Shown: positions 30,704 to 41,075 of the stretch, piece by piece
Position numbering within the stretch: the stretch's first letter is position 1
Layout: each line of letters opens with the position of its first letter
Assembly: GCA_002687495.1 (NCBI GenBank)
Contig: NZAJ01000093.1
Location: 238 to 64,237 of the forward strand
From: Micavibrio sp.
GTDB lineage: Bacteria; Pseudomonadota; Alphaproteobacteria; Micavibrionales; Micavibrionaceae
Direction of reading: 5' to 3'
DNA: 64,000 bases
Position numbers and translations under genes: made by a program
The notes under the pieces: generated by a model
What the model was told of the DNA's origin: nothing
Seen by the model: the letters and a program-made list of their open reading frames with translations, nothing else
The model's database searches: none

Positions 30704-32425
30704 TTAATGCCCCTCCTTCGTGCTGATATATTGTTTCAAAGACTCCCCGAAGCGCTCTTGCGATGAGCCATCCGCGGCAGGTGTAATCCCTAAAATCGAA
30801 ACCATAGATTTGATAACATTGGCCACAGCTGGCGCAGCAACCCATCCACCTGTGGCGTAACCCCAAGTTCGCTTTTGACCTTTTGGCTCGTCAACTGCGA
30901 TATAGATCGCATATTGAGGATCATCCATTGGGAAAACACCAACAAAAGAAGAGAGCTTTTTCTTATTATCATAACGGCCATTTACCAACTTTTCAGCCGT
31001 ACCGGTTTTACCGCCAACGCGGTAGCCTTTAACCTCAGCTTTGCTGCCTGTTCCATCACTCACAACCAAGCGCAGGAGCGCGCGCATGCGCTGCGCTGTT
31101 TCAGGCGAGATAATGCGAATATCTTCATGTGCCTTTTCATTAGCGCGCTCATCCATCACTAGATGCGGCTGGATGATATAGCCACCATTCACAATAGAGG
31201 AGACAGCCGCTGTGAGTTGAAGCGGCGTCGTTGCTACGCCGTGCCCATAGGATGCTGTCAGTGTATTCGCCTCACGCCAAGGCGAAGGCACAAGCGGACG
31301 CGCCACTTCTTTCACTTCAAAATCGAGTGGGCTGAGCAAGCCTAAATCTTGGTAGAAGGCGCGCAACTTTTCTGTACCGATTGCCTGCGCCATCATCGCA
31401 GTACCGATATTTGAAGAATGCATAAAGACTTCTGGCGCGCTTAACGCATGATCAGCCGCGTGATAATCATTGATAGAAAAGCGTCCGACTTTTATCGGCT
31501 GGGTGACATCAAATTTCACACCAATCGGCACATCACGCGTTTCAAAAAATGCTGCCGTTGAGAGCACTTTAAAGACAGAGCCAAGCTCATACACACCTAG
31601 CGTTACGCGATTGAACAGAGCATCAGCGCTTGCATCTCCCGCATTATGCGGATTGAAATCAGGTAATGAGCTCGCCGCTAAAACCTCGCCTGTATTGACA
31701 TCCATGATAACACCCGCAGCGCCAATCGCTTCGAAATCATCCATAGCGCTCAGCACTTCACGACGAAGAACATGCTGCAAACGCACATCTAGCGTAAGCT
31801 TCACATCCCGACCTTGCGATAAAAGACCATCAAAACTGCGCTCTATACCCGCTAAACCTTGATTATCTAAAGAGGCGTAGCCAAGCATATGCGCAGCCAT
31901 TGCACCTTGCGGATAGAAACGCTGATATTCATATTCAAACTCCAAGCCTGGCTCACCAATCAACAACACAGCATGCTGCTGCGCTGGTGTGATACGGCGC
32001 TTTAGCCACACAAAGCGTTTACCGCTTTGTAGTTTTTGCAACACATCGCCATATGCTAGATCAGGAAAAATCTCGATTAATTGCTTAGCGGAGCTTTCAG
32101 GGTCAGCAATAAATTTACTATCTGCATAAAGAGAGGAGATTTTTAGCGTCGTCGCCATAAGCGTGCCATTGCGGTCATAGATATTACCGCGCTTAGCCAC
32201 CACCTGATCAGCCGCGCCAGAGCGCTCATATCTTAAGCCGTTATCCCCTTCACGCGCAGCACCTTGAATAATCGTCAGATCAAACGCACGCACAAGCAAC
32301 ATGGCATAAGCCAGTATAAAGAAACCGCTTACTAACACCAAACGTCCACGCGCCAAATCAAGTGTAGAGCTACGCTCACCCTCAAGCTTTAAGGCCGATC
32401 TGCGCATTTGACGAAGGCGGATCAT
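30704..32425 (-). CDS. ftsI: penicillin-binding protein 3 (division transpeptidase)
   Basis: 573 aa. N-terminal TM segment, SVFK (SxxK), SSN and KTGT motifs. Confidence 0.93.
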   Translation of the reverse strand: MIRLRQMRRSALKLEGERSSTLDLARGRLVLVSGFFILAYAMLLVRAFDLTIIQGAAREGDNGLRYERSGAADQVVAKRGNIYDRNGTLMATTLKISSLYADSKFIADPESSAKQLIEIFPDLAYGDVLQKLQSGKRFVWLKRRITPAQQHAVLLIGEPGLEFEYEYQRFYPQGAMAAHMLGYASLDNQGLAGIERSFDGLLSQGRDVKLTLDVRLQHVLRREVLSAMDDFEAIGAAGVIMDVNTGEVLAASSLPDFNPHNAGDASADALFNRVTLGVYELGSVFKVLSTAAFFETRDVPIGVKFDVTQPIKVGRFSINDYHAADHALSAPEVFMHSSNIGTAMMAQAIGTEKLRAFYQDLGLLSPLDFEVKEVARPLVPSPWREANTLTASYGHGVATTPLQLTAAVSSIVNGGYIIQPHLVMDERANEKAHEDIRIISPETAQRMRALLRLVVSDGTGSKAEVKGYRVGGKTGTAEKLVNGRYDNKKKLSSFVGVFPMDDPQYAIYIAVDEPKGQKRTWGYATGGWVAAPAVANVIKSMVSILGITPAADGSSQERFGESLKQYISTKEGH

Positions 32426-32988
32426 TGCGCACCTCCCTCAGACTCAGACGTTAAGCCCTGTAACAATGCACCAAAGTCGCGCACCGGCTCTGCCTGCTCA
32501 TTTTCTTTTGAAGTTTCAAGATCAGAAACCTCATCTGCAAGCTCCTCAACAACAGGCTCATCTTGAGCGCTTATCTGCGGCTCATAGCTTTTTGGCTCAG
32601 CAGGTTTTTTAATCTCGATTTGTATACGGCTAGATGGGCGCGGCGCTTGATAAGAGACATCTTGCGCAGAAGCTGCTTCACCCTGCTCAATCCCAGATGT
32701 TGGCTTATCGTAAAAAACAGCATCCTTAGAGGTGATTAGCTTTTGCGTATCTGGCGGGGAGAGCTCTAAAAACTCTTCAGCCAAACGCTCTAAACGCTCA
32801 GGCCTATTCAAATAAACCCATTCCGCTTGCAGCATCTCGATCTGCTCACGCTCACGCTCAATCGAACGCTTCAACTCATCGCGGCGCTCTTCTGCGCGCT
32901 GCACATTTTGTGATGTATGAAGCAGCGCTACACCCGAGAGCGCCACAAGCCCGTAAACAACAAAGTTTCTTGTTTTCATCACCCTCAT
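32422..32988 (-). CDS. ftsL: FtsL-like cell division protein with an acidic C-terminal extension
   Basis: 188 aa. A single TM segment, then a coiled-coil (RAEERRDELKRSIEREREQIEMLQAEW). 4-bp overlaps with rsmH and ftsI. Confidence 0.7.
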   Translation of the reverse strand: MRVMKTRNFVVYGLVALSGVALLHTSQNVQRAEERRDELKRSIEREREQIEMLQAEWVYLNRPERLERLAEEFLELSPPDTQKLITSKDAVFYDKPTSGIEQGEAASAQDVSYQAPRPSSRIQIEIKKPAEPKSYEPQISAQDEPVVEELADEVSDLETSKENEQAEPVRDFGALLQGLTSESEGGAQ

Positions 32989-33917
32989 GCGCCAGCCCCC
33001 TTATAAAGAGCCGCCCGCAATTTAGCAGAGCGTGAACGAGGATTTTCAGCCAATTCTTTCTCAGACGGCAAAAGCGCTTTACGCGTTACAAGCTCAAACA
33101 AGGCTTCACGCTGCTGCTCCGGCATATAACGCGAACCACCTTGCCCACCCGCAAAGTCACGGAATGTCTGCTTTACAATACGGTCTTCCAAAGAATGGAA
33201 AGAGACAATAACAACGCGCCCGTCTTTGTTCAAAATCTCAGGCGCAGCTTCCAAAGCACGCTCAAGCTCCCCAAGCTCATCATTAACAGCAATTCTTAAA
33301 GCTTGGAATGTGCGCGTAGCCGGGTCAATATCATGTGGTTTCGGGCGCGGCAAACAACCCCGCACAATCTCCGCCAACTGAAAAGTTGTCTCAATCGCAG
33401 CCTCTTTACGCTTCTCAACGATTTTTCGCGCAATACGCCTAGATTTACGCTCTTCGCCATATTTATAAATCAGATTTGCCAATGGCACCTCTTCAAGAGA
33501 CGCCACCACATCCGCTGCGCTCTCACCCTCCTGCGGGTTCATACGCATATCTAGCGGGGCATCAAAGCGGAACGAGAAGCCACGCCGCCCTTCATCCAAC
33601 TGAAAGGAAGACACACCTAAATCAAGCACAAAACCATCAACTCTAGCAATATCATTCTCACGCAAGAGCCGCCCAACATCCCCGAAGCACCCCCGCAAAA
33701 AGATCAGGCGCTCGCCATATTTTTCCTTCAAAGCCTGAGCACGCTCAAAGGCATCAGGATCGCGATCTATCGCCACCACCTTACAGTTTGCAACCTCCAA
33801 AATGGCCGCACTATAACCACCCGCACCAAATGTGCCATCAACATAAACACCACCATCCTTAGGGGATAGTGAGTCCAAAACTTCCGGCAACATGACTGGA
33901 TAGTGAGACACGATCAA
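32985..33917 (-). CDS. rsmH: 16S rRNA (cytosine1402-N4)-methyltransferase
   Basis: 310 aa, TTG start. HYPVML, DGTFGAGGYS, DLGVSS and SFHSLEDR motifs. Confidence 0.95.
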   Translation of the reverse strand: MIVSHYPVMLPEVLDSLSPKDGGVYVDGTFGAGGYSAAILEVANCKVVAIDRDPDAFERAQALKEKYGERLIFLRGCFGDVGRLLRENDIARVDGFVLDLGVSSFQLDEGRRGFSFRFDAPLDMRMNPQEGESAADVVASLEEVPLANLIYKYGEERKSRRIARKIVEKRKEAAIETTFQLAEIVRGCLPRPKPHDIDPATRTFQALRIAVNDELGELERALEAAPEILNKDGRVVIVSFHSLEDRIVKQTFRDFAGGQGGSRYMPEQQREALFELVTRKALLPSEKELAENPRSRSAKLRAALYKGAGA

Positions 33918-33963
33918 ATGACTTTCATGGGCAAAACAGACAGAATTTAACGCAGTATTTTAC

Positions 33964-34162
33964 GAATCACGGATGGACTCAAAAAAGGCTTAAGAACAAG
34001 CCTTGACTCTATTAGAAGTATCACTGAAGGCATGAATTCGTCAATTTTTCCGCCGAGTCGCACACCAAGTTACACACATATATTTTCCTGTGGGGGAATC
34101 ATTTACGGAATCAAATTTATACACCATATCGATAAACCCAACACACTACTTGCAATTGACTC
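33964..34162. promoter_or_regulatory. cluster of seven GANTC sites in the divergent rsmH / FTR1 intergenic region
   Basis: Sites start at 33964 (GAATC), 33976 (GACTC), 34005 (GACTC), 34055 (GAGTC), 34096 (GAATC), 34108 (GAATC) and 34158 (GACTC). Confidence 0.5.
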
Positions 34163-34180
34163 GCATTTACATTAAAGATT

Positions 34181-34196
34181 TTAAGAATAATTCTCA
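34181..34196. promoter_or_regulatory. iron-responsive-operator-like imperfect palindrome upstream of the FTR1 permease
   Basis: TTAAGAA-TAA-TTCTCA lies 43-58 bp upstream of the ATG. It matches 11/14 positions of the Irr ICE motif TTTAGAA-N3-TTCTAAA and is also Fur-box-like. Confidence 0.35.
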
Positions 34197-34238
34197 CCAC
34201 CTTCCCAATTCCTTTTAAAGGAGCCAAGGAGAGCATAT

Positions 34239-35036
34239 ATGTTAGAAACCACACTGATCACTTTTCGCGAAGGTTTAGAAGCCTTTCTAGTTGTCGCCAT
34301 CATGCTGGCTTACCTCAAAAAATCAGGACAATATGCACTCATGCAGCCCGTCTATACAGGCATTGGCGCAGCGCTCATCTTGAGCGTCACAACAGGTTGG
34401 CACGTTGCAGAGCTTGCAGAAAACCCCATATGGGAAGGCGCACTCGCCATTATTTCCGGCATAATGGTCACCAGCTTTACCGTCTATGTTATGCGCACAG
34501 CCAGCAACATCCGCAGTGAGATCACACAAAAGCTACAGGATGAGATTAGCTATAAAACAGGCACAAAAGCTTGGTTTGGCGTTTTCATTTTCACAACATT
34601 AATGATTGCACGCGAAGGTATGGAAACCGCGCTTATGCTTGGCTCAATCAGCGCAGAGATGAACACGGCCAGCTTAACAATAGGTGCTATATTCGGATTT
34701 TCACTCGTTGCACTCATTGGCTATATGTGGACCAAACAGAGCCAGCTCATTAACTTACGCCTCTTCATGCAAGCGACAGGCATTTTCCTCATCCTCTTTG
34801 CCGTTCATCTTTTCATTAATGGTGTGCATGAGCTCAGTGAAGCTTTCGCACTCCCCTTACTCAATGACAAGATACAGCTTTTCATCCATGATGTAACAGA
34901 GCCACTTGGCCCAGAAAGCCGTTTCGCAGACCTTATCACACTCAGCCTCCTAGCTGTGCCATGTGGCTGGATTGGCTTAAGCTACTTGAAAACCAAGTTT
35001 CTTAAACCCACAGCTTCAGCTATGGCTGCGGAGTAA
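34239..35036 (+). CDS. FTR1-family high-affinity iron permease
   Basis: 265 aa, polytopic. Two REG(L/M)E motifs (FREGLEAF, AREGMETA). Confidence 0.85.
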   Translation: MLETTLITFREGLEAFLVVAIMLAYLKKSGQYALMQPVYTGIGAALILSVTTGWHVAELAENPIWEGALAIISGIMVTSFTVYVMRTASNIRSEITQKLQDEISYKTGTKAWFGVFIFTTLMIAREGMETALMLGSISAEMNTASLTIGAIFGFSLVALIGYMWTKQSQLINLRLFMQATGIFLILFAVHLFINGVHELSEAFALPLLNDKIQLFIHDVTEPLGPESRFADLITLSLLAVPCGWIGLSYLKTKFLKPTASAMAAE

Positions 35037-35047
35037 GTAAAAAGAAG

Positions 35048-35422
35048 AAGGTTCAGAAGATCTATAAGCCGGGTTCTGTCTCCCGCAAGGGAGGATGGCT
35101 ATTCATCTAGACCTGCCATTACTGACAGGTTCAAGCGATCTACCCGGGCTGCGGCGTGGAATACACCATATGCAGCCCCTATTTGATCTTGCTTAACGAA
35201 AGGGTTTACACTGCCAGCCCTGTTACCAGAGCCGCGGTGCGCTCTTACCACACCATTTCAACCTTACCTGTGAAGGCATAAAAGCCAACCATCGGCGGTT
35301 TATTTTCTGCTGCACTTTCCGTCGGGTCGCCCCGCCCGGCCGTTAACCGGTTTCGTCACTCCATAAAGCCCGGACTTTCCTAATGAGCAAAGCTCATTCA
35401 GCCATCCGATCTTCTGAACGGC
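35048..35422 (-). ncRNA. rnpB: RNase P RNA, bacterial type A
   Basis: The minus strand contains GGAAAGTCCGGGC (P4 5' side), GGTAAGAGCGCACC, CCCGGGTAG and ACAGAACCCGGCTTA (P4 3' side). The P1 helix forms by pairing GTTCAGAAGATC (35419-35408) with GATCTTCTGAAC (35062-35051). Confidence 0.93.
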
Positions 35423-35532
35423 TGGGACTATGACTTATTTTGTCAAATAAAGCAATTTTTTGATTTTTACACTTCACTTACATACATCAATGTATATATA
35501 AATGCATAACATTTCTCTTTAAGGCTTATATC

Positions 35533-36726
35533 ATGAAAGAATTCATCGCCCTTATGGCTCTACTCACCGCGATGGTCGCACTCTCGATCGATGCGGTTCT
35601 GCCAGCTTTAGAACCCATGGCACATGATTTAAGTGTCGTAAGCCGCAATGATATTCAATATGTTGTCGGCGCTTTTTTCATAGGCACAATCTTCGGACAA
35701 TTCATATATGGCCCGGTTTCAGATACAATCGGTAGACGCAAATCGCTTCTTTCCGGCATCATCCTTTTCATGATAGGCAGCATCATCTGCCTTATAGCAC
35801 CCAACCTAGAGACAATGCTCATAGGGCGCGCCATGCAAGGGCTTGGCGCCTCTGGCCCACGCATCATGACAATGGCTATGGTGCGCGATAAATATACAGG
35901 CCGTGAAATGGCGCGTATTATGTCGATCATTATGAGCTGCTTTATCTTGGTCCCCGCGCTTGCACCTTCAGTTGGACAGCTTATCTTAATGTTCGCAAGC
36001 TGGCACGGGATCTTCATTCTCTATATGAGTTACGCACTCATCGTTTTCATCTGGAGCTATCTGCGCCTAGATGAAACCTTAGCACCAGAAAAGCACCGCC
36101 CATTTGATATACCTGATCTTTATGGCGCATTAAAAGAAGCAGCAACAAGCCGCATAACTCTAGGCTACTCGCTATGTAGCGGTGTTATTTTTGCGATGAT
36201 GCTAGGCTATATTCATAGTGCAGAGCAGATTTACCACGAAATATTTAAGGTCGGCGATATGTTCCCTGTTTATTTCGGCATGCTGGCTTTAGGCCTTGGC
36301 GCCGCTTCATTCATTAATTCTGCAATGGTTAGACGCTATGGTATGCGTAACATCACTATGTGCGCTCTTGCTGCTGCGATCCTTGCCTCATTTTTAAATT
36401 TGGTCTTTACGCTCTATTTTGGCGGCAATCTCTTAAGCTTTATGATGGCCGCAGGCATCATCTTCTTTTGCATGGGCATGACCTTCGGTAATGTCAGCAC
36501 CATGGCTTTAGAGCCGATGGGACATATAGCAGGAATGGCTTCTGCGTTTATGGCCTCTGTATCAACGCTGATATCACTACTTATCGGCGGCAGTATTGGC
36601 CAAATGTATGATGGTACAATCTTACCGCTTTCTATTGGCTATTTCGCCTTGAGCACGATAGCGTTGATCATGATGTTTTGGATTGAGCGGGGCGTTCCAC
36701 ATTCACATGAAAAGCCAACCCCTTAA
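35533..36726 (+). CDS. MFS transporter (Bcr/CflA-type drug efflux)
   Basis: 397 aa, about 12 TM segments. The GPVSDTIGRRK loop motif is typical of the MFS DHA1 family. Confidence 0.85.
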   Translation: MKEFIALMALLTAMVALSIDAVLPALEPMAHDLSVVSRNDIQYVVGAFFIGTIFGQFIYGPVSDTIGRRKSLLSGIILFMIGSIICLIAPNLETMLIGRAMQGLGASGPRIMTMAMVRDKYTGREMARIMSIIMSCFILVPALAPSVGQLILMFASWHGIFILYMSYALIVFIWSYLRLDETLAPEKHRPFDIPDLYGALKEAATSRITLGYSLCSGVIFAMMLGYIHSAEQIYHEIFKVGDMFPVYFGMLALGLGAASFINSAMVRRYGMRNITMCALAAAILASFLNLVFTLYFGGNLLSFMMAAGIIFFCMGMTFGNVSTMALEPMGHIAGMASAFMASVSTLISLLIGGSIGQMYDGTILPLSIGYFALSTIALIMMFWIERGVPHSHEKPTP

Positions 36727-36738
36727 AAAGACTCATCT

Positions 36739-37392
36739 TTATCGCGCCTGCACGAGCGCTGCGAGACGCTCTAAAGGCTGATCAGGATAGTGAAGCTTAA
36801 AGGCTTCCCACAGCACATCTTCAGGCAATTCAGGGTTATACCCTAATTTTATCAAGGCCTTATAACGATCAAATGAATCTGAAACTGTAATCGGATCAGG
36901 ATATACCCCTAAATCATGCGCGGCAAGCTCAGCCCAAGGGAACAGCGCACCAGGATCAGCTTTTCGTCCCGGCGCAATGTCTGAATGCGCAAGCATGTTT
37001 TTAATTTCAAATCGTTTCGTAATATTTTTGCAAAGCCCTATCACGCTTGCGATTTGCTCATTTGGAAACGCGCTATAGCCAAATTCTTCACCCGGATTTT
37101 GAATTTCAATTCCTATACTCGCCGAGTTAATATCCGTCTCCCCCTGCCAGTAAGAACACCCCGCATGCCAGGCGCGTTTATCCTCATCAACAAGATTAAA
37201 AACTGCACCATTCTCATCAATAAGGTAATGAGCGCTCACCTCTTTTTCAGGGTTACAAAGCCAGTCTGTGGCAGCCTCTTCAGCGCTTGGACGGCCAGTA
37301 TAATGCAGGATAATCATATAAGGCGCGCCTTTCATATCAGGAGCGCGCTCATTGAAATTAGGGGAGCGATAAGTGGTGTAATCTATATCCAT
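36739..37392 (-). CDS. N-acetylmuramoyl-L-alanine amidase (AmpD-like, amidase_2)
   Basis: 217 aa. ILHYTG, SAHYLID, RAWHAG, SIGIEI and AHSDIAPGRKADPG motifs. Confidence 0.85.
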   Translation of the reverse strand: MDIDYTTYRSPNFNERAPDMKGAPYMIILHYTGRPSAEEAATDWLCNPEKEVSAHYLIDENGAVFNLVDEDKRAWHAGCSYWQGETDINSASIGIEIQNPGEEFGYSAFPNEQIASVIGLCKNITKRFEIKNMLAHSDIAPGRKADPGALFPWAELAAHDLGVYPDPITVSDSFDRYKALIKLGYNPELPEDVLWEAFKLHYPDQPLERLAALVQAR

Positions 37393-37456
37393 GTAACTAT
37401 TTCAGTCAGTTGTGCGAATTTATGAATATGATAACGTAAAAAGGATAGATTTTAAA

Positions 37457-38086
37457 ATGCGCGGACTTATTTTACTCACGGCTTTCATAATGCTGCTTAT
37501 TGGTGGTGTAGCCTATTTATACTCATCAACACCGGCGCGTGCAAAAGGAGACATGCTTATGGATAAGAAACCTGAAGGTTACCCTGTTGCTATATTAGCG
37601 GGTGGGTGTTTTTGGTGCACAGAGAGCGAGTATCGCGCTATTGATGGCGTGCTCTATACACGCGTTGGCTATATTGGCGGGCATTTAGATAATCCGAAAT
37701 ATGAGGATACGCATGATAGCAAGTCTGGTCACGCTGAAGCGGTTGAGGTGACTTATGATCCTAAGGCGGTGAGTTATGAAGAGCTTTTGCGCTATTTCTT
37801 GACCAAAGCGCATGATCCGACGCAGCTTAATCGTCAAGGCCCGGATATTGGCACGCAATATCGCTCTGCCATTTTCTATGCAAGCGAAGAAGAAAAAGCG
37901 CTGGCGCAAAAAGTGATTGATGAGGTGAGCGCCGAAAAAGTTTGGGACAAGCCGATTGTCACGACCTTAGAGCCTGCAACAACATTTTGGGAAGCGGAAG
38001 ATTACCATCAGCAATATTACGAGAAATATGAAGAGCGCACAGGACGTCCTCATATAAATGATTGGCTGAAAAGGCAAAGCCGTTAA
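37457..38086 (+). CDS. msrA: peptide-methionine (S)-S-oxide reductase with an N-terminal membrane anchor or signal
   Basis: GGCFWCTE catalytic motif. I chose the ATG at 37457, which has AAGGA upstream. The ORF is open from a GTG at 37412. The N-terminus MRGLILLTAFIMLLIGGVAYL is hydrophobic. Confidence 0.9.
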   Translation: MRGLILLTAFIMLLIGGVAYLYSSTPARAKGDMLMDKKPEGYPVAILAGGCFWCTESEYRAIDGVLYTRVGYIGGHLDNPKYEDTHDSKSGHAEAVEVTYDPKAVSYEELLRYFLTKAHDPTQLNRQGPDIGTQYRSAIFYASEEEKALAQKVIDEVSAEKVWDKPIVTTLEPATTFWEAEDYHQQYYEKYEERTGRPHINDWLKRQSR

Positions 38087-38117
38087 GGCTTTGACCGTTA
38101 CTTTAAGCGGCTAAACC

Positions 38118-41009
38118 TTAAGCCGCTTTAGCTTTACTCATAACATCGGCGCAGCGGTTACAGAGATCGCCATTTTCATCAACCTCAGGCGTGATTTTCC
38201 AGCAGCGTTGACATTTCGAGCCTTCGGCCTTGTTAATCTCAACACCCACAGCGCCAGCATTTAACGTCACAGCAGACGTAATACAAACATCAGCCATATC
38301 GACATTTTCAAATACGCTTAAGTCTTGCGCTGTAATCACAGGGGCCGCCTCTAAAGATGAGCCAAGCTCTTTTGATTTACGCAATGGCTCGATCGCTTCC
38401 AGAACAGCCTTACGTACCGGCATGATTTTTTCCCATTTCGCCGCCAAAGCTTCATTACTCCAGCTTGCAGGTGTTTCAGGGAAATCACGCAAATGCACCG
38501 AAGCCGCTTCATCGAACAAGTCTTTTGGGGCGTGGCTCCATGCTTCTTCCGCTGTAAAGCTCAAAACCGGGGCAAGCCAAGCTGATAGACGCTCAAAGAT
38601 ATGCGCCATAACAGTTACGCTCGCGCGGCGCTCAAAGCTATCCAATGCATCACAGTATAGGCGGTCTTTACGGATATCGAAATAGAAAGATGAAAGCTCG
38701 GCGTTACAATAATCATGCAATGCTTTTGTCATTTTCATGAATTCATAATTCTCGATATAGCCGCGAACCTTCTTATCCATCTCTGCGAGCTGATGCAAAG
38801 CGAGTTGCTCAAGTTCTGGCATTGAAGACACATCCTCAATGAGATCAGCTTTACTTACACCATCAAGTGCACCCAAAAGATAGCGCAAAGTATTGCGGAT
38901 GCGGCGATAGAGATCGCCAGTCATTTTGAGGGTATCTTTACCAATGCGGATATCTTCAGAATAATCAGAGAGCAGCGCCCATAGGCGGATAATATCCGCG
39001 CCATATTGATCCATCATTTTCAAAGGATCAACGACATTGCCCAGAGATTTGGACATTTTATAGCCCTTATCATCAAGTACGAAGCCGTGGGTTAATACAT
39101 TTTGATAAGGCGCTACGCCATTTGTTCCAACGCTTTCAAGAAGGGACGAGTGGAACCAACCGCGATGTTGGTCAGAGCCTTCAAGGTAAAGATCAATTTG
39201 CTTTACCCCTTCATAGCATGGCCATGTCTGAGTATCTCCCACAACAAATTCATGCGTTGAGCCGCTTTCAAACCAGACATCGACAATATCCATCACTTTT
39301 TGATATTGGTCAGCCTTTTCACCGAGGAAGCGCTCCTCTACGCCCTCTTTATACCACGCATCCGCGCCCTCTTCTTCGAAGGCCTTTTGGATTTCATCAT
39401 AGATAGCAGGATCATTTAGCACTTCGCCTGTATCTTTATGCAAGAACAAAGCGATTGGCACGCCCCATGCGCGCTGACGCGAGATACACCAGTCAGGACG
39501 GTTTTGGATCATTGATGTGATGCGCGCTTCGCCTTTGGCAGGAAGCCATGCTGTTTCCTTAATAGCATGCAATGCGTTTTCACGAAGCGTTGCATTTGAA
39601 TCCTTAAAGGTCGCCCTATCCATACCGATAAACCATTGCGGGGTTGTACGGAAGATGATCGGCGCTTTTGAGCGCCAGCTATGCGGATATTCATGGCGGA
39701 TAGAGCCTTTAGCCAGTAGCTTCCCTTGCTCAACAAGCGCTTTAAGCACTGCGAAGTTACCATTGCCGATCTCGCCTTTTTGGGTATAGACTTCAAGGCC
39801 TGCAAAAAGCCCCACATGCGGGCGGAACTTCCCATCATCAGTAACGTTATCTGTAATTTCGATTTGCTGATTTGGGGAGCGGTTTTTATTCTCGGCATTA
39901 ATGAGATGGAAGTCATCCTCACCATGACCAGCGGCGCAGTGCACGAAACCTGTACCCGCATCAGCGGTTACAAAATCACCACATAAAAGCGGCACGCCGA
40001 TCTCATAATCATAATATGGATCTGCATCTGCTAGAGGGTGCTTAGCAATTGAGCCCGCAGCTTCTGAGCCTTTAAATGTGCCAAGCTGCGTCCAGCTTTC
40101 GATTTTTGCCGCTTGTTGAACACTTTCTGCGAGCGCAGTTGCGAGGGCAATCTTATGTGTGCCGTTTTCATCTTCATATTCGTAAACGCCATATTCCAGA
40201 TCTTCACCAAACGCGATTGCGCGGTTAGATGGAATTGTCCAAGGCGTTGTCGTCCAGATTACGATATCAGCGCCTTTTAAAATCTCGACATTGGTTTGCA
40301 CAACTGGAAAGCGTACCCAGATAGTGATGGATTTATGCTCTTTATATTCCACTTCCGCTTCGGCGAGCGCCGTTTTTTCAACGACAGACCACATCACAGG
40401 CTTTGCACCTTTATATAGGCCGCCATTAAGTGCGAATTTGTGAATCTCACGCACGATTTTACTTTCGGCGCGGTTTGTCATCGTACGGTAAGGCCCGCCA
40501 ACTGGCTTGCCCTGATCATTTATTTTTTCCTGCCAATCGCCGCTAACGCCTAAGCGCTTGAATTGCGCGCTTTGTATATCGACCCATTTTTGCGCAAATT
40601 GGCGGCACTCTTCACGGAATTCGAGTGCTGGCACTTCGTCTTTATCTTGCCCAGCATTGCGGTATTTCTCTTCGATTTTCCACTCAATCGGCAAGCCATG
40701 ACAGTCCCAACCCGGAACATATGGCGCATCATACCCCATCATCGTGCGGGATTTTACGACCACATCTTTGAGGATTTTGTTAAGCGCATGCCCCATATGG
40801 ATATCGCCATTTGCGTATGGAGGGCCATCATGCAGAATCCATTTCGGACGCCCTGCAGATTTTTCGCGAATTTTCTCATATAGCCCTAACTCTTCCCATT
40901 CAGCCATAATTTCAGGCTCTTTCTGTGGTAAACCACCACGCATTGGGAATTCTGTTTTCGGTAAGAAAACGCTATCTTTATAGGTGTCTTTATTCTGATT
41001 ATCGCTCAT
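38118..41009 (-). CDS. ileS: isoleucine--tRNA ligase
   Basis: 963 aa. HMGH (HIGH-type) and KMSKS motifs and a C-terminal Zn-binding Cys cluster. Confidence 0.97.
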   Translation of the reverse strand: MSDNQNKDTYKDSVFLPKTEFPMRGGLPQKEPEIMAEWEELGLYEKIREKSAGRPKWILHDGPPYANGDIHMGHALNKILKDVVVKSRTMMGYDAPYVPGWDCHGLPIEWKIEEKYRNAGQDKDEVPALEFREECRQFAQKWVDIQSAQFKRLGVSGDWQEKINDQGKPVGGPYRTMTNRAESKIVREIHKFALNGGLYKGAKPVMWSVVEKTALAEAEVEYKEHKSITIWVRFPVVQTNVEILKGADIVIWTTTPWTIPSNRAIAFGEDLEYGVYEYEDENGTHKIALATALAESVQQAAKIESWTQLGTFKGSEAAGSIAKHPLADADPYYDYEIGVPLLCGDFVTADAGTGFVHCAAGHGEDDFHLINAENKNRSPNQQIEITDNVTDDGKFRPHVGLFAGLEVYTQKGEIGNGNFAVLKALVEQGKLLAKGSIRHEYPHSWRSKAPIIFRTTPQWFIGMDRATFKDSNATLRENALHAIKETAWLPAKGEARITSMIQNRPDWCISRQRAWGVPIALFLHKDTGEVLNDPAIYDEIQKAFEEEGADAWYKEGVEERFLGEKADQYQKVMDIVDVWFESGSTHEFVVGDTQTWPCYEGVKQIDLYLEGSDQHRGWFHSSLLESVGTNGVAPYQNVLTHGFVLDDKGYKMSKSLGNVVDPLKMMDQYGADIIRLWALLSDYSEDIRIGKDTLKMTGDLYRRIRNTLRYLLGALDGVSKADLIEDVSSMPELEQLALHQLAEMDKKVRGYIENYEFMKMTKALHDYCNAELSSFYFDIRKDRLYCDALDSFERRASVTVMAHIFERLSAWLAPVLSFTAEEAWSHAPKDLFDEAASVHLRDFPETPASWSNEALAAKWEKIMPVRKAVLEAIEPLRKSKELGSSLEAAPVITAQDLSVFENVDMADVCITSAVTLNAGAVGVEINKAEGSKCQRCWKITPEVDENGDLCNRCADVMSKAKAA

Positions 41010-41075
41010 TGTCTATGCCTTTATTATTGAGGGCACTATGGCGTGGGATCGCGGAGAAATCAAGCTTGAAAACAC

